Of a stretch of DNA of 53,341 nt, positions 20,293 to 30,758 are shown one piece after another. Location: NCBI GenBank assembly GCA_041586955.1, contig JBFGZE010000013.1, positions 1 to 53,341 of the forward strand, in the 5' to 3' direction. A model generated the notes under the pieces. That model saw only the letters and a program-made list of their open reading frames with translations. It was not told the DNA's origin and did no database searches. Origin of the DNA: Bacteriovoracaceae bacterium. Its GTDB lineage: Bacteria > Bdellovibrionota > Bacteriovoracia > Bacteriovoracales > Bacteriovoracaceae. Positions within the stretch are counted from its first letter, which is position 1. Each line of letters starts with the position of its first letter. Made by a program: the position numbers and the translations under genes.

Positions 20293-23200
20293 ATGACTGA
20301 GCCCACTCAAAGTTTATTAGAAACTCACCCCGATAGTTTCGTTCATCTGCATTTACATACTCAATATTCGCTTTTAGATGGCGCCATTCGACTCAAGGAT
20401 CTTATTCCCAAGGCCCAGGAGTTGGGTGTTCCCGCCATTGCTCAAACCGATCATGGTAATATGTTTGGTGCCATTGACTTTTATGTCCGCTGTAAAAAGG
20501 CAGGGATTAAACCAATTTTAGGGAGTGAGATATATTTCACACCGGGTTCCCGCTTTGACCGTAAGGCCGCTAAGCGTACTAAAAGTGTTAGTTCCCAGGA
20601 TGAGGAAGAATCTAGTCGTCAGATTCATCACCTCATTTTACTTTGTAAAAATAATAAGGGTTATGAAAATCTCTGTAAGTTATTAAGCCAGGCGTACCTT
20701 GAAGGTTTTTATTATAAACCGCGTGCTGACCTCGACCTCTTGAAGCAATATAGCGAAGGCCTGATCTGTACGACGGCCTGCCTTAAGGGAGAGGTCGGAT
20801 ATAATTTCTTTACTGGCCAGGATGAGCGTGCGGTTAAGGCCATTTCAAAATTATCAGAAATTTTCGGTGACGATTTTTATTTAGAAATTCAAGAAAATGG
20901 AATTTCTGAGCAAAAAATAGTGAATGAAAAAGTTATTGCCTATGCTCAAGAAAATAATGTCAATTTGGTGGCGACTAACGATTGCCATTACATGACTCAA
21001 GAAGATGCGACCGCCCAAGAAGTTCTTCTTTGTGTGCAAACCGGGAAGACCTACGCTGATGAAAATCGTATGCGCATGACCAGTCAGGAGTTTTATTATA
21101 AGACCCCCGAACAAATGCGTCAGGCCTTTGCTCATGTCCCTGAGGCCTGCGATAATACTTTAAAAATCGCCGATAAATGCAATGTTGAACTCAATTGGAC
21201 TGATGAGAACGGGGAGCAGATTTATCATTTGCCAGAATTTCCCATTGATACTGGTGAGACTCCCGCTGATTATTTCAGACGGATCTCTAATGAAGGCCTG
21301 GAGTGGCGCTTTAAGGGGCCGCAATTTACTAAATTGGTGGCCAAACCGGAATGGGAAGAGGAGATCAGGCCCAAGTATTATGCCCGCCTAAAAGAAGAAC
21401 TTGATATGATCATCAAGATGGGATTTCCCGGTTATTTTTTAATCGTTGCAGATTTCATTCAATGGTCTAAAGATAATGGGATTCCAGTTGGCCCTGGACG
21501 AGGCTCGGGTGCGGGCTCTCTTGTCGCCTATTCCATGAATATTACCAATATTGACCCGCTTCCTTTTAACCTTCTTTTTGAACGTTTCATTAACCCTGAG
21601 CGGATTTCCATGCCTGACTTTGACGTGGACTTTTGCCAGGCCGGCCGCCAGCGTGTGATTGAATACGTGACCGAAAAATACGGTGAAGATAAGGTTGGTC
21701 AAATTATTACCTTCGGTAAATTACAAGCAAAGGCGGTGATTAAAGATGTGTCTCGTGTTTTTGGACTTAACTTTGCTGAAGCAGATGTCTTATCAAAATT
21801 AATTCCCGATGAATTGGGAATTAATTTAGAGCGCGCTTTAGAAATGGAGCCAAAGCTAACCGAATTAATCGACACAGATCCTAAAGTTCGCCAAATCTTT
21901 ACCATTGCCCGCCGCTTGGAAGGGCTTTATCGTCATGCGGGGATTCACGCTGCCGGAGTTGTTATTACCAATGAACCTTTGGTTAATTATTGCCCGCTTT
22001 TTAAGGGTGCTAAAGGTGAAAAGGTTATCCAATTTGATAAGGACTTTAGTGAATTAATAGGATTGGTGAAGTTTGACTTCTTAGGCCTAAAAACCCTGAC
22101 GGTGATCGATCAGGCGTGTAAGTTTATTCGCCGTGACCATGATCCTGATTTTGATATTGAAGAAATTGATATTGAAGATAAGAACGTTTATGAATTTATT
22201 TCAGAGGGAGATACCATTGGTGTTTTCCAGCTGGAATCCTCTGGCATGATCGATCTTTGTAAACGATTGGGCCCTGATAATATCGAAGATATTACTGCGA
22301 TCAATGCCCTTTATCGCCCTGGTCCTTTAAACTCAGGGATGGTTGATGACTTTATTGATATTAAGCATGGCCGCAAGCAAATGACTTTTCCCTTCAAAGA
22401 ACTGGAGCCTGTTTTAAGTGACACCTATGGGGTTATTGTCTATCAGGAACAGGTCATGAACATCGCACGGATCCTTGCCGGTTATAGTTTAGGGCAAGCA
22501 GATATCTTGCGTAAGGCGATGGGGAAGAAAAAAATTAAGTTGATTGAAGAGCACAGGGCCATTTTTCTCAAAGGGGCGAAAGAGCGCGGATTTGATGAAA
22601 AAATTGCCGATGATCTTTATCAATTGATGGCCAATTTTGCGGAATATGGTTTTAATAAATCCCATGCTGTGGCCTATGCGCTGATTGCCTATCAAACTGC
22701 CTTTTTGAAAAAGTATTATCGACCGGCCTTTTTTGCAGCGATTTTATCTTCAGAATTAACTAACACGGATAAAGTGACCCTTTATATTAACGATGCTCGT
22801 AATCATGGTATTGAGGTCATGCCACCTGATATTAATGAATCATTATGGCAATTTAATGTTGTTGACGACAATATTCGTTTTGGAATGGGGGCCATTAAAA
22901 ATGTTGGGGAAGCTGCTGTTCAGGTTGTCATTGACGAGAGAAAAGCAAACGGTCCTTATAAGGGGTTTATCGACTTCTGTGAGCGTGTGAACTTAAAGAT
23001 GGTCAATAAGCGTATGATTGAATCCTTAATCAAAGTAGGCGCCTTTGATGATAGTGAGAAAATGAATCGGAAGACCCTTCTCGAAAATATGGAATTAATT
23101 ATTTCTTATGGGGCAAAAAAACAAGAAGAAAAGGAGCTTGGCCAGGTGAATCTTTTTGATATGGGTGAAGCCCAGGATCAGGATACGTCATCTCAATTAG

Positions 23201-23892
23201 ATATTGTTCAGGCATCAGACTTTGAGGATAAAGAAAAGCTCTCTTATGAGTCTCAATTGATGGGGATCTATGTTTCAGGTCATCCCCTTGATCGCTTTAG
23301 TGGTGTTTTAAAGCAATTGGCCTCAAAAGAGATTGCTGGGGTCCATGAGATGCCTGGCAATGATAAGCGGGATATGATGCTGGCAGGAATCATTTCCTCT
23401 AGGAAAAATATTCTGACTAAGAAGGGCGATCGTATGTGCTTTCTTAACCTAGAGGATTTATCGGGAAAGATTGAATGTATCGTTTTTCCAAAGACATTTG
23501 CCCAATATGAGGAGGTCTTGGCCACTGAAGACCCTATTATTATGTCTGGCCAAGTGAATCTCGCGGAGGAGCCCCGGAAATTTTTTCCTAGCAAAGTTGA
23601 AAAGCTGAAAGATCAGGCCGAGGAAAGGGTTACTGGAGTGCGAATTAATGTTAAAATGAAAGGTGTAGATAAGAGAAGGCTTGAAAAGTTCAAGCAAGTC
23701 CTTCTCAGTTACCGAGGCAGTGTTCCGACCCATCTCATTTTTGAAAATGGAGAGGGGAAAGCAAGATTGCCTCTTGGCCAAGATTTCTTGGTCAATCCTA
23801 CACCACAATTGGCCGCAAAGATTAATGAAGTCTTTCAAAGTAATAGCGTTCAATTTATTGTGGATGGGAAAATTGAAGATGTGACTGTTTAA
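20293..23892 (+). CDS. dnaE: DNA polymerase III alpha subunit
   Basis: PHP HLHLHTQYSLLDG, GPGRGSGAGS, PDFDVD, KFDFLGL, YGFNKSH, OB domain. Confidence 0.98.
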   Translation: MTEPTQSLLETHPDSFVHLHLHTQYSLLDGAIRLKDLIPKAQELGVPAIAQTDHGNMFGAIDFYVRCKKAGIKPILGSEIYFTPGSRFDRKAAKRTKSVSSQDEEESSRQIHHLILLCKNNKGYENLCKLLSQAYLEGFYYKPRADLDLLKQYSEGLICTTACLKGEVGYNFFTGQDERAVKAISKLSEIFGDDFYLEIQENGISEQKIVNEKVIAYAQENNVNLVATNDCHYMTQEDATAQEVLLCVQTGKTYADENRMRMTSQEFYYKTPEQMRQAFAHVPEACDNTLKIADKCNVELNWTDENGEQIYHLPEFPIDTGETPADYFRRISNEGLEWRFKGPQFTKLVAKPEWEEEIRPKYYARLKEELDMIIKMGFPGYFLIVADFIQWSKDNGIPVGPGRGSGAGSLVAYSMNITNIDPLPFNLLFERFINPERISMPDFDVDFCQAGRQRVIEYVTEKYGEDKVGQIITFGKLQAKAVIKDVSRVFGLNFAEADVLSKLIPDELGINLERALEMEPKLTELIDTDPKVRQIFTIARRLEGLYRHAGIHAAGVVITNEPLVNYCPLFKGAKGEKVIQFDKDFSELIGLVKFDFLGLKTLTVIDQACKFIRRDHDPDFDIEEIDIEDKNVYEFISEGDTIGVFQLESSGMIDLCKRLGPDNIEDITAINALYRPGPLNSGMVDDFIDIKHGRKQMTFPFKELEPVLSDTYGVIVYQEQVMNIARILAGYSLGQADILRKAMGKKKIKLIEEHRAIFLKGAKERGFDEKIADDLYQLMANFAEYGFNKSHAVAYALIAYQTAFLKKYYRPAFFAAILSSELTNTDKVTLYINDARNHGIEVMPPDINESLWQFNVVDDNIRFGMGAIKNVGEAAVQVVIDERKANGPYKGFIDFCERVNLKMVNKRMIESLIKVGAFDDSEKMNRKTLLENMELIISYGAKKQEEKELGQVNLFDMGEAQDQDTSSQLDIVQASDFEDKEKLSYESQLMGIYVSGHPLDRFSGVLKQLASKEIAGVHEMPGNDKRDMMLAGIISSRKNILTKKGDRMCFLNLEDLSGKIECIVFPKTFAQYEEVLATEDPIIMSGQVNLAEEPRKFFPSKVEKLKDQAEERVTGVRINVKMKGVDKRRLEKFKQVLLSYRGSVPTHLIFENGEGKARLPLGQDFLVNPTPQLAAKINEVFQSNSVQFIVDGKIEDVTV

Positions 23893-23908
23893 ACTTAGGG
23901 ACGGGTTT

Positions 23909-25258
23909 ATGAGAAAATATTGGACAATTATTTTAATGGCATTTTGTCTGTTCTCTTCTTCGGTATTTGCGAAGAGAGCATGGGTAACAGGAGAAGGGCG
24001 GTTTTATGCCAAAGATAATGATTCCTTAGGTTTTATCAAAAACCAATTATTATCTCAGGCCTTTCGCAATATATTCACCAAAGAGTTTAAAAGTCTGGGT
24101 CTTGATACCGAATTTTTCTGGAAACGGTATGAAGAAAAATTTGAAGAATATTTTTCACCGATCCATGAACGTTTAAAAAAGAAATATGGTGTTGAAGCAC
24201 CCGGTGTTAGTAATAAACGTGTCACTGAGTATCAAGAAGCTTTGCGCGCCAAGCGCTTGCGGCTTAAGGCCAAATTTGGCAATTTAAACCGCGCCATCTT
24301 ATCTTATTCTATAAAAAAAATGACCCGCTCTCAGCAAGTCCCCAATAGCCGTTACCTCATGGTATCCGCCAAAGTTAATAAAAAATTATTAAATTCTATT
24401 TACCAAAAGTTCACAACAGAAATGGGTAAGAGAAATTACGATAAGCTTATTATTACCACCGATTTTGGGCTTAAGGACATGTCTTGGTTAGATGTGGGAG
24501 TTGATGTTGAAAGCGATTTTGTCTCAGTTATTGAGGAGCATTGGGTTAAGTATTTAAAGGAAAACTTAGGGGCAATAGTTGAACAAGTTATTGTTGCCAA
24601 CGATGATAAGCGCAAAGAGCTTCGTGAACGTCTTAAAGTTCCTGTTGAGACGATGAAAGAACTTCAAAAAGTAGCAACTGATGAAGAAGGGCCAAAGGGG
24701 ATTAAGAAGTTAGGTTCACTTTGGTTGCACGTGAATGTTAATTTCGAAAAAGTGGGAGAGAATCGTCTCGGGAAAAAAAGAAAATTTGTGATGGACGGCG
24801 ATTTTGTCCTGGTGGACCTTGAGGCCAATAAAATTGTTGAACATACCGATTTTGTGCCTGTACAAAGTGAACTCAGTACTGCTGATGGCCATAAGCTAAG
24901 CTCGACCCTGGCAAGTCTTGTTTACCGGACCCCATTAGATTTATTTAAGCGCTTTCCCAATAAAATATCTTCTTTTGGATTTTCTCACCAAAGAGCAGTT
25001 ATCCAAGTCCACGGTGCTAAATCAGTGAGAGAGTTATACGATTTTATTGATTTTTTAACGATTAAAGGTGTGACCAAAAGGATTACACCCGTATTAAAAT
25101 CGTTTAATACTGATATGGCGCAGATTACCCTGCATTTTAATGCAGATACTACTGATCTTGCGGTTTGGATGAAAACATTAAACTCATTACCGATTGGGAA
25201 GGATGCGAGACATATAGTTTCAAAACAAGAAAACCCATTTAATATTAGTTTTCAATAG
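23909..25258 (+). CDS. Secreted hypothetical protein
   Basis: 449-aa ORF with signal peptide (...SSVFA), in the dnaE operon; N-terminus loosely FlgT_N/LPP20-like. Confidence 0.7.
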   Translation: MRKYWTIILMAFCLFSSSVFAKRAWVTGEGRFYAKDNDSLGFIKNQLLSQAFRNIFTKEFKSLGLDTEFFWKRYEEKFEEYFSPIHERLKKKYGVEAPGVSNKRVTEYQEALRAKRLRLKAKFGNLNRAILSYSIKKMTRSQQVPNSRYLMVSAKVNKKLLNSIYQKFTTEMGKRNYDKLIITTDFGLKDMSWLDVGVDVESDFVSVIEEHWVKYLKENLGAIVEQVIVANDDKRKELRERLKVPVETMKELQKVATDEEGPKGIKKLGSLWLHVNVNFEKVGENRLGKKRKFVMDGDFVLVDLEANKIVEHTDFVPVQSELSTADGHKLSSTLASLVYRTPLDLFKRFPNKISSFGFSHQRAVIQVHGAKSVRELYDFIDFLTIKGVTKRITPVLKSFNTDMAQITLHFNADTTDLAVWMKTLNSLPIGKDARHIVSKQENPFNISFQ

Positions 25259-25287
25259 ATTGGCACAAAGGATTTGTGAGGTAACCC

Positions 25288-26226
25288 ATGGTAGGGAAAA
25301 GTGTGTGGCGGAATTTACCCCATTATTTAATTGTTGGAATATTTGTTCTCTCTTGCTCTGGAGAGGTTGTTGATCGCACCAGTCGTGGCCGTCGGCCTAG
25401 GGCCAAACCTCGAAAGCAATTTGATGGTGTGAAAAAGAAAATCGCCTTATTGCAATTTTTTAATGAATCTCCCTACGGTGGTCAGGATTTAGGCATCACC
25501 GCAACCGAAGAATTACAAAAAGAATTAGCGCGTACTGGCGAATTTATTGTCGACCCAATGGCCAAAAAATTATTTGGCAACTCTAAAGAGATTTATTCTG
25601 GTGGCGGGGTCAAATTAGTGCAATTGAGCCGCAAGGCCAAGATTGCCGGTCTTAATTTTGTTATGTACGGCCGTGTGGTAGAGGCGCGAGTACGGGAAAG
25701 AACAGATGAGATTGGCGTTGTCAGGGAAACTAAATCTTATACCGAAAGTAAGGTCGAAATTAGAATATTTGATGTCAACTCAAATAAAGAAATCTATACT
25801 GATACCGTGAAAGGCTATGCCGATGATGCGACTTTCCGTTTTTTTGCAACTGCGAGAGAAGACCGCATTACTTATCGCCGGGATCTTTTGCGTTATGGCG
25901 CTCGTGTCGCCGTTCGCAGGGCGATTCCTCGTATTTTAAAAATCTCTGAAAAACTGGATTGGATTGGACGAGTTGCTAGAATTATAGGCAATAAGATTTA
26001 TGTCAATGCTGGACGCAAGTCGGGGATCCAAATTTCGGATGTTTTGAAGGTTGTGACTGAGGGGCAAGAGGTTTTTGACCCCGAAACAGGGGCCATGATT
26101 GGTGTGAGTAAAGGGGAAATCAAGGGAACTGTTGAAATTATAGATTATTTCGGACCAGATGGCTCAATTGCAATTCTCCACTCTGGCGGTTCCGTATTAG
26201 AAGGGGACTTTGTCCAATTATATTAA
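25288..26226 (+). CDS. CsgG/FlgT-like lipoprotein
   Basis: Lipobox VLSC; KKIALLQF...L..EL.RTGEF (CsgG/TolB-N-like); IYVNAG..SGI...DPETG (FlgT_C-like). Confidence 0.65.
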   Translation: MVGKSVWRNLPHYLIVGIFVLSCSGEVVDRTSRGRRPRAKPRKQFDGVKKKIALLQFFNESPYGGQDLGITATEELQKELARTGEFIVDPMAKKLFGNSKEIYSGGGVKLVQLSRKAKIAGLNFVMYGRVVEARVRERTDEIGVVRETKSYTESKVEIRIFDVNSNKEIYTDTVKGYADDATFRFFATAREDRITYRRDLLRYGARVAVRRAIPRILKISEKLDWIGRVARIIGNKIYVNAGRKSGIQISDVLKVVTEGQEVFDPETGAMIGVSKGEIKGTVEIIDYFGPDGSIAILHSGGSVLEGDFVQLY

Positions 26227-26227
26227 T

Positions 26228-27286
26228 ATGAATCTATCACCTTATAATATTTTTAAGTTTATGGCCTTCCAGCTCGATCCAGAGAAGGCCCACACTTTGA
26301 CTCTTAAAACTCTTTCTTGCTTTCCAAGATTATCGCTTAATGTTGGATGTCGTAAAAATCAGACATCTAAGTATTGGGTGAAAGAGGGAAGGATGTGTTG
26401 GCATTTTCCGATCGGGTTGGCGGCAGGGCTAGATAAGAATGGAGAGTGCCTCCATTATTTTTCCCATGTTGGCTTTGGTGGTGTTGAAGTCGGAACAATT
26501 ACTCCAAGGCCTCAGCCTGGTAATGAGAAGCCCCGCCTATTTCGCTATCCTGAGGAGAAAAGTTTAAGAAATCGTATGGGATTTAATAACCAGGGTGCCG
26601 ATGGCCTTTTAAATCGAGTTCTTGAGTTTAAAGAAAAGAGTGTTCCCTTGGGTATTAATCTGGGAAAAAATAAAACCACGACACAAGAACATGCGGTAGA
26701 TGATTATGTTGAGCTTTATCAAAAGTTTTCCCCTATTGCAGATTACTTGGTGATTAATGTTTCATCCCCCAATACTCCCGGGTTAAGAGATTTACAAAAA
26801 GTAGACCAATTAAAAATCATTCTCGAGGGGATTGGGCCGTATCGCCAAAAGGAAGATCCTCCTTTGTTTTTAAAAATAAGCCCCGATATGAATCTTGATG
26901 ATTGTGAAGGAGTGGTTCAACTATGTTCGGACTATCAACTTGAAGGGATTATTGCGACTAATACCACTATCATGAAAGAGAAAGGGCCTGGAGGTATTTC
27001 GGGAGATTTGCTCTATAAACGGTCACATATCATCCGTTTACGCCTTTTGGAGTTGACTCGTGATATGCCATTATCCATTATTGGCGTCGGTGGTATCTCG
27101 GAGTTTCGCCACTTATGGGATTTCTGGAAGGCCGGAGGGAAGTTTTGCCAAATCTATACCTCCTTTATTTATCAGGGACCTTTTATTTTAGAAAAGTTTG
27201 AAAGAGAAATAGATAGGGTGTTAAAGAAAAACGGATGCCAAAATTTAATGGAATTATTGTCCGATATCGATCAGGCGGAGTACTGA
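26228..27286 (+). CDS. pyrD: Quinone-dependent dihydroorotate dehydrogenase (class 2)
   Basis: DPEKAH, GLAAGLDKNG, NRMGFNN, NVSSPNTPGLR, KISPD, TNTT; ATG at 26228. Confidence 0.96.
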   Translation: MNLSPYNIFKFMAFQLDPEKAHTLTLKTLSCFPRLSLNVGCRKNQTSKYWVKEGRMCWHFPIGLAAGLDKNGECLHYFSHVGFGGVEVGTITPRPQPGNEKPRLFRYPEEKSLRNRMGFNNQGADGLLNRVLEFKEKSVPLGINLGKNKTTTQEHAVDDYVELYQKFSPIADYLVINVSSPNTPGLRDLQKVDQLKIILEGIGPYRQKEDPPLFLKISPDMNLDDCEGVVQLCSDYQLEGIIATNTTIMKEKGPGGISGDLLYKRSHIIRLRLLELTRDMPLSIIGVGGISEFRHLWDFWKAGGKFCQIYTSFIYQGPFILEKFEREIDRVLKKNGCQNLMELLSDIDQAEY

Positions 27287-29304
27287 TCGTTCCCCTTATT
27301 TGGACTATCATAGCGCCTTTTATTATTCCTCTGGTAATGATAGGTTTTTCACTACCTTTCTATCAATGTCTTGCCGTTTCCTCTCTTCTTCTTTGTGATA
27401 ATTTAATAGGCCTTTTCTCGATACGTTTTTTAAAAATTATTCCCTGGGCAAATGATTGGCCCCTCGGAGTTAAAAAAATATTATTATGGTCGTCCCTCTT
27501 TATGCTCTTTTGGTTCGGGCGATTGCTGGAAATTTTTCCTGCTTCTTCTTTGGGCCTTTATGGGTTGATCATTTTGATGCTTTTATGGTTTATCATCAAG
27601 GATGATAAAAAAGACCTTCTGTTCTCCTTGAAAAAGAATGACTTTTTTCTCTCACAGGCTCTTTTTTTTCTCATTCTCCTTTTAATTATTATCTTTAATG
27701 CCTTTCATCCTGAGATATATTTCGGAGAAAAGCCTATGGATTATAATTTAATCCAATACTTTTCACGCTTCCCAGATATTCCACCACAGGATCCATGGTT
27801 CGCTAAAAAGAGATTGAATTATTATTATTTGGGTTATTTTTCTCTTGGTAGTTTGAAATCTATGTTCGGGATGGAACTAAAATGGACCTATCATCTTTTC
27901 CTAGGCCTATTAGCAGGTTGGTTTTCTCAAATGATAATGGCCATTTGTATGGCGCTTAAGGTATCCAGAGTTAAGGCGTTATGGGTCGCCTTGCTCTTAA
28001 CCCTTGGAAGTAATTGGCACTCTTTTTATACTGGTTTCTTTGGAGATAAGGCCCTTGATATTAACTTCTTTTGGAAAAACACCAGAGTATTCAATAATGG
28101 TCTATTTGCCGAGTTTCCTATTTGGTCCTTTTTATTTGCCGATATCCATCCCCATGTCATGGCCTATCCTTTTGCGCTGCTCGGTCTTTTTTTCATCATT
28201 CGTTTGTGGAAGGGAGATGAGCTGTCGTTTATTGAGGGGTTCTTTTTAGGATTTTCTCTGGTGACGACCTTTTATATAAATATCTGGGATGCTCTGTTTT
28301 ATGGCAGTTTTATGGCCTTAGGCCTTATTTCTTATTTATGGCGTCACAGGAATAAGGGATTAAAATATTGCTATGCTCTTTTTATATCAATGCTTGTTTT
28401 ATTGATCCCCTATTTTTTTACAATGAGTGGTGGACGCTCTATCGAATGGGGGATGCACCAAAAAAACCTTTATGACTTCAGTCGCTGGGGATATTTACTT
28501 GGGCAATATATACCGCTTTTAATCGTGGGAATATTTTTAAAAAGAAAGGCCATTCAGCTGGATCAGAGATACTTATTGGCCGGGGTTCTTATATGGACGT
28601 TTGCCATTGAATTTTTTTATTTAATGGACCCAGTGAACACTATCTTTAAATTTGGTAATCAGATATTTATTTTATTGGGGGTCCTCTCCTTTTCTCTGCT
28701 ATCTTTTAACTCAAAGCTTAGTCGTGGCAAAAATTGGTCGATCGTAGGTACTGGCATCTTCGTTTCTTTTCTTATGTTGATTGGAACAGGGTATAATTTG
28801 AAGGCCCTCTTTGGGCATACCTATTTTGGCACGTCGAAACCCCATCTAAATGGACAAGAGTATTTTGAGCGCCTAAGCCCTGTTGATCATGAATTTGTTG
28901 AGTTTCTCAATACTAGGGTTAAGGGATTGCCGCTTCTTCTTGAACGTTATGGCCGTTCTTTCGAGCCGCATCTCTCAAGGATTTCTAGTCGAACTGGCCT
29001 ACCAGTTTTACTGGGATGGGATGGCCATATCATGGTGCGAGGGGCCGATATTCAAATTATTCACCAAAGAAAAAAAACGATTGATTTTATTTACAACTCA
29101 GTGGACCCTATACAGGTCCACCAATTGTTGAGAGAGAAAAATATTTCCTTTCTTATTATTGGTCCCGCTGAAAGACAAGAATATGAAAGTAAAGGGCTTG
29201 CTAAGTTTTTTGCTTTTTCTGATTTATTCAGGCCGCTTATTATTAATAATGGGTATGGACTTTTTGGCATTGGAAATTTTGAAACCTTCTTAAAGGGGCG
29301 TTGA
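27235..29304 (+). CDS. DUF2298 (Chlor_Arch_YYY-type) polytopic membrane protein; start uncertain
   Basis: GEKPMD, PPQDPWF...NYYYLG, EFPIWSFLFADIHPH, NTIFKF, S.RTGLP..LGW.GH. Confidence 0.8.
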   Translation: MPKFNGIIVRYRSGGVLIVPLIWTIIAPFIIPLVMIGFSLPFYQCLAVSSLLLCDNLIGLFSIRFLKIIPWANDWPLGVKKILLWSSLFMLFWFGRLLEIFPASSLGLYGLIILMLLWFIIKDDKKDLLFSLKKNDFFLSQALFFLILLLIIIFNAFHPEIYFGEKPMDYNLIQYFSRFPDIPPQDPWFAKKRLNYYYLGYFSLGSLKSMFGMELKWTYHLFLGLLAGWFSQMIMAICMALKVSRVKALWVALLLTLGSNWHSFYTGFFGDKALDINFFWKNTRVFNNGLFAEFPIWSFLFADIHPHVMAYPFALLGLFFIIRLWKGDELSFIEGFFLGFSLVTTFYINIWDALFYGSFMALGLISYLWRHRNKGLKYCYALFISMLVLLIPYFFTMSGGRSIEWGMHQKNLYDFSRWGYLLGQYIPLLIVGIFLKRKAIQLDQRYLLAGVLIWTFAIEFFYLMDPVNTIFKFGNQIFILLGVLSFSLLSFNSKLSRGKNWSIVGTGIFVSFLMLIGTGYNLKALFGHTYFGTSKPHLNGQEYFERLSPVDHEFVEFLNTRVKGLPLLLERYGRSFEPHLSRISSRTGLPVLLGWDGHIMVRGADIQIIHQRKKTIDFIYNSVDPIQVHQLLREKNISFLIIGPAERQEYESKGLAKFFAFSDLFRPLIINNGYGLFGIGNFETFLKGR

Positions 29305-29876
29305 AGATGAAAATAGCAGATATTCCTCATAAAATGGACTTCACCTTTGATGACGAATTACATGAGGTACCTTTAGATAAGGGTGAAATGAAAAAAGGAT
29401 TGCGTTTCTTGGAAGGGAAGTTAAAAGAGGATGGTATTAATGAGTTAGAATCAGCTGTGATTATGACTCTTATCGGCCAATTTTCCCGCATCCTGGGCGG
29501 CCTTGCCCAATCTGAGGAAATGTTGACTAAGGCCTTTCATATTTTTAAAGAGAAGCAGCAAGTGACACATGCTTTTAATGTGAAATTAAAATTGGCCATG
29601 ACTTTATTGGCCTTGGGTAATAAGGGCAAGGCCCAAAAAATTACGAAAGGCTGTTTAGATTATTTAAGTAAGTCCAAAGATGCTAAGCTGAGCTTATTCA
29701 ATGACCATATTATTCATCAATTAGGTCGCATTGCTTTCGCGCAACGGTATTATGAACAGGCACTTAATCATTTCCTCAAGGCGCATGAGATTCGTATTTT
29801 GAAGGGAAATGTGGAACATATTCAACAAACTGAGCACGCTATTTCAGTGACTCGCCAAAAATTGGATGAGCTTTAA
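29301..29876 (+). CDS. TPR-containing protein
   Basis: Helical TPR-like repeats (LIGQFSRILG...HQLGRIAFAQRYYEQALNHFLKAHEIR). Confidence 0.75.
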   Translation: MKMKIADIPHKMDFTFDDELHEVPLDKGEMKKGLRFLEGKLKEDGINELESAVIMTLIGQFSRILGGLAQSEEMLTKAFHIFKEKQQVTHAFNVKLKLAMTLLALGNKGKAQKITKGCLDYLSKSKDAKLSLFNDHIIHQLGRIAFAQRYYEQALNHFLKAHEIRILKGNVEHIQQTEHAISVTRQKLDEL

Positions 29877-29897
29877 TCCTTTCTATTAATGTTACCC

Positions 29898-29923
29898 GGG
29901 CTTCCTTTGGAAGCCTTTTTTTT
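29898..29923 (+). terminator. Intrinsic terminator of the dnaE-TPR run
   Basis: GGCTTCC-TTT-GGAAGCC followed by T8. Confidence 0.8.
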
Positions 29924-29987
29924 GTTTCGGTATTGGCCAGGCGTATATGTTGGTTTTTTGATAATTGTGGTGTTAAAGTAGTTGAAT

Positions 29988-30758
29988 ATGTTGAAAAATG
30001 GATCAGAAGAGCAAGTTCAGGACGGGTTGCGTTATTGGCGTAAGTTAAATGGCCTAACTCAAAAGGAAGTCGAGGCGGTATTGGGCCTACGTGCCCTGAG
30101 TATTCATGATTATGAAAAAGGTCGCCTCAAATTACCAATGGATGTGGCGATACAATTGGCAAGGCTCTACCAAACGGACTTAAATCAATTGGTTAATTTT
30201 GAGGCCGAAAAGAAAAACCTTTCGGTCCCTTTTCAATTATTGGGGCTTCAAAATAATCAAATGGATCACTTTTCAAAGCTGGTGTTTGCTGATCCCATTA
30301 TGTTGGGGATTTCTGGCCGTGTTGAGCAGGACTTTGGGGAAAATTGTTTTCTTAAAATTTTAGATATGATTCCTAAAAGGAATCACGAAGAGTTTTTTGT
30401 TGAACTTCTCTGTTATTTAAACTCATTGATTGCTGCCGATAAAAAGATCCTGAATAAAGAGCTTTCTTTCTGTAGTGAAATATTAAAAGGGTTTTCATTT
30501 AAAGTGAGTGGTCCACAAAGGAAAGCGATTCAAGATGCTTTAGAGCAGCAATATTTTGGTCAAAACCTTGAGGTCTTTAAGCAAAGGACTGTGAAGCATT
30601 TTTTTATTTGGCTTTTAATCCTTGCCGCGGTGGTCGATGGCAAACTCGATTATCGGGAAATGGATTATATTAAAAAAGTCGCGTCACATATTCGTTTACC
30701 AGTTAAGAATCAAAAATTTATTTTTGATTTAGTTCGAGAATGGCAGAAGGGGGGCTAA
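29988..30758 (+). CDS. XRE-family HTH fused to a TerB-like domain
   Basis: LRYWRK..GLTQKEV...LGL...I.DYEKG (HTH_3); two TerB-type motifs IAADKKILNKE and VVDGKLDYRE...IKKVA; start 29982 or 29988. Confidence 0.8.
   Translation: MLKNGSEEQVQDGLRYWRKLNGLTQKEVEAVLGLRALSIHDYEKGRLKLPMDVAIQLARLYQTDLNQLVNFEAEKKNLSVPFQLLGLQNNQMDHFSKLVFADPIMLGISGRVEQDFGENCFLKILDMIPKRNHEEFFVELLCYLNSLIAADKKILNKELSFCSEILKGFSFKVSGPQRKAIQDALEQQYFGQNLEVFKQRTVKHFFIWLLILAAVVDGKLDYREMDYIKKVASHIRLPVKNQKFIFDLVREWQKGG

Noticed and set aside
20293..23892. Intein or intron in dnaE
   Set aside because: Length and motif continuity are normal; no splicing motifs seen
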